Below, piece after piece: positions 54,906 through 64,000 of a stretch of 64,000 nt of DNA. This DNA is from the human T2T-CHM13v2.0 reference genome, Homo sapiens, in assembly GCF_009914755.1 (NCBI RefSeq), contig NC_060937.1; one strand, given 5' to 3'. The notes below the pieces were generated by a model, which did no database searches, was not told the origin of the DNA, and was given only the letters and a program-made list of their open reading frames with translations. The number at the start of each line of letters is the position of its first letter. Positions within the stretch are counted from its first letter, which is position 1. Position numbers and translations under genes: made by a program.

Positions 54906-56773
54906 GGAAGATATTTCCTTTTTCACCGTAGGCGTCAAGGCGATCGAAATGTCCACTTCCACAAACTACAAAAAGAGTGTTTCAAACCTGCTCTATGAAA
55001 GGCCATGTTCATCTCTATGAGTCGAATGGAAATATCCGAAAGAAATTTCTGGGAATGCTGCTGTCTAGTTTTTATACGAATTCCCGCTTCCAACGAAATC
55101 CTCAAAGCAATCCAAATATCCACTTGCAGAATCCACAAAAAGAGTGTTTCAAAACTGCTCTATCAATAGAAAGGTTCAACTCTTTTAGTTGAGTACACAC
55201 ATCACAAACAAGTTTCTGAGAATGCTTCTGTCTGGCTTTTATTGGAAGACGTTTCCTTTTCACCAAAGGCATCAAAGCGCTCCAAATGTCCACTTCCAGA
55301 TTCTTCCAAAAGAGTGTTTGAAACGTGCTCAAAGTAAGGGAATGTTCAACTCTGTGACTTGAATGCAGATATCACCAAGTAGTTTCTAATAGTGCTTCTG
55401 TCTAGATTTTAGATGATGATATTCCCGTTTCCAACGAAATCGTTAGAGCTATCCAAATATCCACTTACAGTTTCTACAAAAAGAGTGTTTCCAAACTGCT
55501 GCATCAAAAGAAAGGTTCAACTCTGTTAGTTGAGGACACACATGACAAAGAAGTTTGTGAGAATGCTTCTGTCTAGATTTTGTATGACCATATTCCCTTT
55601 TCCAGCGATATCATTAAAGCAATCTAAATATCCATTTGCAGAATCCACAAAAATAGAGTTTCAAAGCTGCTCTGTAAAAAGAAAGGTTCCACTCTGTTAG
55701 CTGAGTACACACATCACAAACTTGTTTCTGAGAATCCTTCTGTCTCGTTTTTATGGGAAGATATTTACTTTTTCACCGTAGGCATCAAAGCGCTCCAAAT
55801 GTCCACATCCAGATACTCCAGAAAGAGTGTTTCAAACCTGCTCTATGAAAGGGAATCTTCAACTCTATGAGTTGAATGCAGACATCAGAAAGAAATTTCT
55901 GAGAATGCTGCTGTCTACCTTTTATTTGAACTCCCGCTTCCAACGAAATCCTCCAAGCTATCCAAATATCCACTTGCATTTTCCACAAAAAGAGTGCTTC
56001 AAAACTGCTCTATCAATAAATGTTCAACTCCTTTGGCTGGGTGCACACATCACAAACAAGTTTCTGAGAATGCTTCTGTCTAGTTTTTATGGGAAGACAT
56101 TCCCTTTTTCACCAAAGGCATCAAAGCGCTCCAAATGTCCACTTCCAGACACTACAAAAAGAGTGTTTCCAACGTGCTCTAAGAAAGCGAATGTTCAACT
56201 CTGTGACTTGAATGCAGATATCACAAAGTAGTTTCTGAGAGGGCTTCTGTCTAGATTTTAGATGATGATATTCCCGTTTCCAACGAAATCATTAGAGCTA
56301 TCCAAATATCCACTTACAGTTTCTACAAAAAGAGTGTTTCCAAACTGCTGCATCAAAAGAGAGGTTCCACTCTGTTAGCTGAGTACACACATCACAAACT
56401 TGTTTCTGAGAATCCTTCTGTGTCGTTTTTATGGGAAGATATTTACTTTTTCACCGTAGGCATCAAAGCGCTCCAAATGTCCACATCCAGATACTCCAGA
56501 AAGAGTGTTTCAAACCTGCTCTATGAAAGGGAATCTTCAACTCTATGAGTTGAATGCAGACATCAGAAAGAAATTTCTGAGAATGCTGCTGTCTACCTTT
56601 TATTTGAATTCCCGCTTCCAACGAAATCCTCCAAGCTATCCAAATATCCACTTGCAGATTCCACAAAAAGAGTGTTTCAAAACTGCTCTCTATCAATGGC
56701 AAAGTTCAACTCTGTTAGTTGAGGACACATATCACCAACAAGTTTCTGAGAATGCTTCTGTCTATTTTTTATG
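54906..56773 (-). repeat. 11-mer variant B (1868 bp), unit 34, one marker in the canonical state
   Basis: B markers except G at 56035. Confidence 0.92.
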
Positions 56774-58643
56774 GGAAGATATTTCCTTTTTCACCGTAGG
56801 CGTCAAGGCGATCGAAATGTCCACTTCCACAAACTACAAAAAGAGTGTTTCAAACCTGCTCTATGAAAGGCCATGTTCATCTCTATGAGTCGAATGGAAA
56901 TATCCGAAAGAAATTTCTGGGAATGCTGCTGTCTAGTTTTTATACGAATTCCCGCTTCCAACGAAATCCTCAAAGCAATCCAAATATCCACTTGCAGAAT
57001 CCACAAAAAGAGTGTTTCAAAACTGCTCTATCAATAGAAAGGTTCAACTCTTTTAGTTGAGTACACACATCACAAACAAGTTTCTGAGAATGCTTCTGTC
57101 TGGCTTTTATTGGAAGACGTTTCCTTTTCACCAAAGGCATCAAAGCGCTCCAAATGTCCACTTCCAGATTCTTCCAAAAGAGTGTTTGAAACGTGCTCAA
57201 AGTAAGGGAATGTTCAACTCTGTGACTTGAATGCAGATATCACCAAGTAGTTTCTAATAGTGCTTCTGTCTAGATTTTAGATGATGATATTCCCGTTTCC
57301 AACGAAATCGTTAGAGCTATCCAAATATCCACTTACAGTTTCTACAAAAAGAGTGTTTCCAAACTGCTGCATCAAAAGAAAGGTTCAACTCTGTTAGTTG
57401 AGGACACACATCACAAAGAAGTTTGTGAGAATGCTTCTGTCTAGATTTTGTATGACCATATTCCCTTTTCCAGCGATATCATTAAAGCAATCTAAATATC
57501 CATTTGCAGAATCCACAAAAATAGAGTTTCAAAGCTGCTCTGTAAAAAGAAAGGTTCCACTCTGTTAGCTGAGTACACACATCACAAACTTGTTTCTCAG
57601 AATCCTTCTGTCTCGTTTTTATGGGAAGATATTTACATTTTCACCGTAGGCATCAAAGCGCTCCAAATGTCCACATCCAGATACTCCAGAAAGAGTGTTT
57701 CAAACCTGCTCTATGAAAGGGAATCTTCAACTCTATGAGTTGAATGCAGACATCAGAAAGAAATTTCTGAGAATGCTGCTGTCTACCTTTTATTTGAACT
57801 CCCGCTTCCAACGAAATCCTCCAAGCTATCCAAATATCCACCTGCATTTTCCACAAAAAGAGCGTTTCAAAACTGCTCTATCAATAGAAATGTTCAACTC
57901 CTTTGGCTGGGTACACACATCACAAACAAGTTTCTGAGAATGCTTCTGTCTAGTTTTTATGGGAAGACATTCCCTTTTTCACCAAAGGCATCAAAGCGCT
58001 CCAAATGTCCACTTCCAGACACTACAAAAAGAGTGTTTCCAACGTGCTCTAAGAAAGCGAATGTTCAACTCTGTGACTTGAATGCAGATATCACAAAGTA
58101 GTTTCTGAGAGGGCTTCTGTCTAGATTTTAGATGATGATATTCCCGTTTCCAACGAAATCATTAGAGCTATCCAAATATCCACTTACAGTTTCTACAAAA
58201 AGAGTGTTTCCAAACTGCTGCATCAAAAGAGAGGTTCCACTCTGTTAGCTGAGTACACACATCACAAACTTGTTTCTCAGAATCCTTCTGTCTCGTTTTT
58301 CTGGGAAGATATTTACTTTTTCACCGTAGGCATCAAAGCGCTCCAAATGTCCACATCCAGATACTCCAGAAAGAGTGTTTCAAACCTGCTCTATGAAAGG
58401 GAATCTTCAACTCTATGAGTTGAATGCAGACATCAGAAAGAAATTTCTGAGAATGCTGCTGTCTACCTTTTATTTGAATTCCCGCTTCCAACGAAATCCT
58501 CCAAGCTATCCAAATATCCACTTGCAGATTCCACAAAAAGAGTGTTTCAAAACTGCTCTCTATCAATGGCAAAGTTCAACTCTGTTAGTTGAGGACACAT
58601 ATCACCAACAAGTTTCTGAGAATGCTTCTGTCTATTTTTTATG

Positions 58644-60511
58644 GGAAGATATTTCCTTTTTCACCGTAGGCGTCAAGGCGATCGAAATGTCCACTTCCAC
58701 AAACTACAAAAAGAGTGTTTCAAACCTGCTCTATGAAAGGCCATGTTCATCTCTATGAGTCGAATGGAAATATCCGAAAGAAATTTCTGGGAATGCTGCT
58801 GTCTAGTTTTTATACGAATTCCCGCTTCCAACGAAATCCTCAAAGCAATCCAAATATCCACTTGCAGAATCCACAAAAAGAGTGTTTCAAAACTGCTCTA
58901 TCAATAGAAAGGTTCAACTCTTTTAGTTGAGTACACACATCACAAACAAGTTTCTGAGAATGCTTCTGTCTGGCTTTTATTGGAAGACGTTTCCTTTTCA
59001 CCAAAGGCATCAAAGCGCTCCAAATGTCCACTTCCAGATTCTTCCAAAAGAGTGTTTGAAACGTGCTCAAAGTAAGGGAATGTTCAACTCTGTGACTTGA
59101 ATGCAGATATCACCAAGTAGTTTCTAATAGTGCTTCTGTCTAGATTTTAGATGATGATATTCCCGTTTCCAACGAAATCGTTAGAGCTATCCAAATATCC
59201 ACTTACAGTTTCTACAAAAAGAGTGTTTCCAAACTGCTGCATCAAAAGAAAGGTTCAACTCTGTTAGTTGAGGACACACATCACAAAGAAGTTTGTGAGA
59301 ATGCTTCTGTATAGATTTTGTATGACCATATTCCCTTTTCCAGCGATATCATTAAAGCAATCTAAATATCCATTTGCAGAATCCACAAAAATAGAGTTTC
59401 AAAGCTGCTCTGTAAAAAGAAAGGTTCCACTCTGTTAGCTGAGTACACACATCACAAACTTGTTTCTGAGAATCCTTCTGTCTCGTTTTTATGGGAAGAT
59501 ATTTACTTTTTCACCGTAGGCATCAAAGCGCTCCAAATGTCCACATCCAGATACTCCAGAAAGAGTGTTTCAAATCTGCTCTATGAAAGGGAATCTTCAA
59601 CTCTATGAGTTGAATGCAGACATCAGAAAGAAATTTCTGAGAATGCTGCTGTCTACCTTTTATTTGAACTCCCGCTTCCAACGAAATCCTCCAAGCTATC
59701 CAAATATCCACTTGCATTTTCCACAAAAAGAGTGCTTCAAAACTGCTCTATCAATAAATGTTCAACTCCTTTAGCTGGGTGCACACATCACAAACAAGTT
59801 TCTGAGAATGCTTCTGTCTAGTTTTTATGGGAAGACATTCCCTTTTTCACCAAAGGCATCAAAGCGCTCCAAATGTCCACTTCCAGACACTACAAAAAGA
59901 GTGTTTCCAACGTGCTCTAAGAAAGCGAATGTTCAACTCTGTGACTTGAATGCAGATATCACAAAGTAGTTTCTGAGAGGGCTTCTGTCTAGATTTTAGA
60001 TGATGATATTCCCGTTTCCAACGAAATCATTAGAGCTATCCAAATATCCACTTACAGTTTCTACAAAAAGAGTGTTTCCAAACTGCTGCATCAAAAGAGA
60101 GGTTCCACTCTGTTAGCTGAGTACACACATCACAAACTTGTTTCTGAGAATCCTTCTGTGTCGTTTTTATGGGAAGATATTTACTTTTTCACCGTAGGCA
60201 TCAAAGCGCTCCAAATGTCCACATCCAGATACTCCAGAAAGAGTGTTTCAAACCTGCTCTATGAAAGGGAATCTTCAACTCTATGAGTTGAATGCAGACA
60301 TCAGAAAGAAATTTCTGAGAATGCTGCTGTCTACCTTTTATTTGAATTCCCGCTTCCAACGAAATCCTCCAAGCTATCCAAATATCCACTTGCAGATTCC
60401 ACAAAAAGAGTGTTTCAAAACTGCTCTCTATCAATGGCAAAGTTCAACTCTGTTAGTTGAGGACACATATCACCAACAAGTTTCTGAGAATGCTTCTGTC
60501 TATTTTTTATG
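58644..60511 (-). repeat. 11-mer variant B (1868 bp), unit 36
   Basis: B markers; anchor spacing 1868. Confidence 0.93.
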
Positions 60512-63500
60512 GGAAGATATTTCCTTTTTCACCGTAGGCGTCAAGGCGATCGAAATGTCCACTTCCACAAACTACAAAAAGAGTGTTTCAAACCTGCTCT
60601 ATGAAAGGCCATGTTCATCTCTATGAGTCGAATGGAAATATCCGAAAGAAATTTCTGGGAATGCTGCTGTCTAGTTTTTATACGAATTCCCGCTTCCAAC
60701 GAAATCCTCAAAGCAATCCAAATATCCACTTGCAGAATCCACAAAAAGAGTGTTTCAAAACTGCTCTATCAATAGAAAGGTTCAACTCTTTTAGTTGAGT
60801 ACACACATCACAAACAAGTTTCTGAGAATGCTTCTGTCTGGCTTTTATTGGAAGACGTTTCCTTTTCACCAAAGGCATCAAAGCGCTCCAAATGTCCACT
60901 TCCAGATTCTTCCAAAAGAGTGTTTGAAACGTGCTCAAAGTAAGGGAATGTTCAACTCTGTGACTTGAATGCAGATATCACCAAGTAGTTTCTAATAGTG
61001 CTTCTGTCTAGATTTTAGATGATGATATTCCCGTTTCCAACGAAATCGTTAGAGCTATCCAAATATCCACTTACAGTTGCTACAAAAACAGTGTTTCCAA
61101 ACTGCTGCATCAAAAGAAAGGTTCAACTCTGTTAGTTGAGGACACACGTCACAAAGAAGTTTGTGAGAATGCTTCTGTCTAGATTTTGTATGACGATATT
61201 CCCTTTTCCAACGATATCGTTAAAGCAATCTAAATATCCATTTGCAGAATCCACAAAAATAGAGTTTCAAAGCTGCTCTGTAAAAAGAAAGGTTCCACTC
61301 TGTTAGCTGAGTACACACATCACAAACTTGTTTCTCAGAATCCTTCTGTGTCGTTTTTATGGGAAGATATTTACTTTTTCACCGTAGGCATCAAAGCGCT
61401 CCAAATGTCCACATCCAGATACTCCAGAAAGAGTGTTTCAAACCTGCTCTATGAAAGGGAATCTTCAACTCTATGAGTTGAATGCAGACATCAGAAAGAA
61501 ATTTCTGAGAATGCTGCTGTCTACCTTTTATTTGAATTCCCGCTTCCAACGAAATCCTCCAAGCTATCCAAATATCCACTTGCAGATTCCACAAAAAGAG
61601 TGTTTCAAAACTGCTCTCTATCAATGGCAAAGTTCAACTCTGTTAGTTGAGGACACATATCACCAACAAGTTTCTGAGAATGCTTCTGTCTATTTTTTAT
61701 GGGAAGATATTTCCTTTTTCACCGTAGGCGTCAAGGCGATCGAAATGTCCACTTCCACAAACTACAAAAAGAGTGTTTCAAACCTGCTCTATGAAAGGCC
61801 ATGTTCATCTCTATGAGTCGAATGGAAATATCCGAAAGAAATTTCTGGGAATGCTGCTGTCTAGTTTTTATACGAATTCCCGCTTCCAACGAAATCCTCA
61901 AAGCAATCCAAATATCCACTTGCAGAATCCACAAAAAGAGTGTTTCAAAACTGCTCTATCAATAGAAAGGTTCAACTCTTTTAGTTGAGTACACACATCA
62001 CAAACAAGTTTCTGAGAATGCTTCTGTCTGGCTTTTATTGGAAGACGTTTCCTTTTCACCAAAGGCATCAAAGCGCTCCAAATGTCCACTTCCAGATTCT
62101 TCCAAAAGAGTGTTTGAAACGTGCTCAAAGTAAGGGAATGTTCAACTCTGTGACTTGAATGCAGATATCACCAAGTAGTTTCTAATAGTGCTTCTGTCTA
62201 GATTTTAGATGATGATATTCCCGTTTCCAACGAAATCGTTAGAGCTATCCAAATATCCACTTACAGTTTCTACAAAAAGAGTGTTTCCAAACTGCTGCAT
62301 CAAAAGAAAGGTTCAACTCTGTTAGTTGAGGACACACGTCACAAAGAAGTTTGTGAGAATGCTTCTGTCTAGATTTTGTATGACGATATTCCCTTTTCCA
62401 ACGATATCGTTAAAGCAATCTAAATATCCATTTGCAGAATCCACAAAAATAGAGTTTCAAAGCTGCTCTGTAAAAAGAAAGGTTCCACTCTGTTAGCTGA
62501 GTACACACATCACAAACTTGTTTCTCAGAATCCTTCTGTCTCGTTTTTATGGGAAGATATTTACTTTTTCACCGTAGGCATCAAAGCGCTCCAAATGTCC
62601 ACATCCAGATACTCCAGAAAGAGTGTTTCAAACCTGCTCTATGAAAGGGAATCTTCAACTCTATGAGTTGAATGCAGACATCAGAAAGAAATTTCTGAGA
62701 ATGCTGCTGTCTACCTTTTATTTGAATTCCCGCTTCCAACGAAATCCTCCAAGCTATCCAAATATCCACTTGCAGATTCCACAAAAAGAGTGTTTCAAAA
62801 CTGCTCTCTATCAATGGCAAAGTTCAACTCTGTTAGTTGAGGACACATATCACCAACAAGTTTCTGAGAATGCTTCTGTCTATTTTTTATGGGAAGATAT
62901 TTCCTTTTTCACCGTAGGCGTCAAGGCGATCGAAATGTCCACTTCCACAAACTACAAAAAGAGTGTTTCAAACCTGCTCTATGAAAGGCCATGTTCATCT
63001 CTATGAGTCGAATGGAAATATCCGAAAGAAATTTCTGGGAATGCTGCTGTCTAGTTTTTATACGAATTCCCGCTTCCAACGAAATCCTCAAAGCAATCCA
63101 AATATCCACTTGCAGAATCCACAAAAAGAGTGTTTCAAAACTGCTCTATCAATAGAAAGGTTCAACTCTTTTAGTTGAGTACACACATCACAAACAAGTT
63201 TCTGAGAATGCTTCTGTCTGGCTTTTATTGGAAGACGTTTCCTTTTCACCAAAGGCATCAAAGCGCTCCAAATGTCCACTTCCAGATTCTTCCAAAAGAG
63301 TGTTTGAAACGTGCTCAAAGTAAGGGAATGTTCAACTCTGTGACTTGAATGCAGATATCACCAAGTAGTTTCTAATAGTGCTTCTGTCTAGATTTTAGAT
63401 GATGATATTCCCGTTTCCAACGAAATCGTTAGAGCTATCCAAATATCCACTTACAGTTTCTACAAAAAGAGTGTTTCCAAACTGCTGCATCAAAAGAAAG

Positions 63501-64000
63501 GTTCAACTCTGTTAGTTGAGGACACACGTCACAAAGAAGTTTGTGAGAATGCTTCTGTCTAGATTTTGTATGACGATATTCCCTTTTCCAACGATATCGT
63601 TAAAGCAATCTAAATATCCATTTGCAGAATCCACAAAAATAGAGTTTCAAAGCTGCTCTGTAAAAAGAAAGGTTCCACTCTGTTAGCTGAGTACACACAT
63701 CACAAACTTGTTTCTCAGAATCCTTCTGTCTCGTTTTTATGGGAAGATATTTACTTTTTCACCGTAGGCATCAAAGCGCTCCAAATGTCCACATCCAGAT
63801 ACTCCAGAAAGAGTGTTTCAAACCTGCTCTATGAAAGGGAATCTTCAACTCTATGAGTTGAATGCAGACATCAGAAAGAAATTTCTGAGAATGCTGCTGT
63901 CTACCTTTTATTTGAATTCCCGCTTCCAACGAAATCCTCCAAGCTATCCAAATATCCACTTGCAGATTCCACAAAAAGAGTGTTTCAAAACTGCTCTCTA
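60512..64000 (-). repeat. Run of three 7-mers (units 37-39; last truncated by the window end)
   Basis: Anchor spacings 60541, 61731, 62921; the final unit reads GCAGATTCC...CTGCTCTCTA after box 3, which is the 7-mer path. Confidence 0.93.

Larger units (their letters stand above)
1..64000 (-). repeat. Centromeric alpha-satellite HOR array, SF2, D13Z1/D21Z1-type (11-mer with 7-mer variants)
   Basis: Tandem 167-173 bp monomers throughout; CENP-B boxes (TCCCG[C/T]TTCCAACGAAA on +) alternate with pJalpha-type boxes; the ORF track recurs at 1870/1868/1190 bp periods; units are >99% identical by eye. Five boxes per 11-mer and a 680-bp EcoRI fragment fit the chr13/21 alphoid family (recognised from memory, no database search). 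Alpha-satellite call is near certain; chr13/21 family about 0.85. Confidence 0.98.

Noticed and set aside
55827-56231. Unique longest ORF (134 aa)
   Set aside because: Produced by the B 2-bp deletion plus G at 56035 removing a stop codon; it is pure satellite sequence.
30-63974. About 200 short ORFs (67-127 aa) on both strands
   Set aside because: They recur with the HOR period, overlap in opposing frames, many start at non-ATG codons, resemble no protein family I recognise, and are opened or closed by random satellite SNVs.
1-64000. CRISPR-like regular repeats
   Set aside because: No unique spacers and no cas genes; the intervening sequence is itself repeated monomer.
1-64000. Hidden L1/Alu/other insertion or inversion
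   Set aside because: Unit lengths sum exactly (20x1870 + 5x1868 + 1871 + 12x1190 = 62891, plus a 1109-bp partial unit), leaving no room for an insert; orientation is constant.
1-64000. Order of 7/11/11B units as an information-bearing code or as the kinetochore site
   Set aside because: The order is explained by nested duplication and recombination; kinetochore position and transcription depend on chromatin data and cannot be read from sequence.

Overview
The whole 64 kb is one uninterrupted, single-orientation array of primate centromeric alpha-satellite (~170-bp monomers, CENP-B boxes on the - strand) organised as a highly homogeneous higher-order repeat (HOR). The basic unit is an 11-monomer HOR of 1870 bp with 5 intact CENP-B boxes and EcoRI fragments of 850/680/340 bp. 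This matches the human SF2 D13Z1/D21Z1 (alpha21-I, alphaRI-680) family. The frequent 7-mers suggest chr13, but that is inference. Taking position 1 as the unit start, I count 39 units: 20 standard 11-mers (1870 bp), 6 variant 'B' 11-mers (1868 bp, one 1871 bp) and 13 7-mers (1190 bp, the last truncated). Unit order: 11 11 7 11 7 11B 11 7 11B 7 11 7 11 7 11 11 11 11 7 11 11 11 11 11 7 11 7 11B 11 11B 11 11 7 11B 11 11B 7 7 7. I found no genes, transposon insertions, inversions or CRISPR arrays; every ORF in the track is a chance reading of the satellite. I did not find a new biological system. The interesting signal is the array's internal history: a ~290-bp internal direct repeat that explains 11-mer/7-mer interconversion, 7-mers of several origins, no reciprocal 15-mers, multi-unit duplications up to >10 kb, and short conversion tracts. 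All variant calls were made by eye, so some may have been missed.
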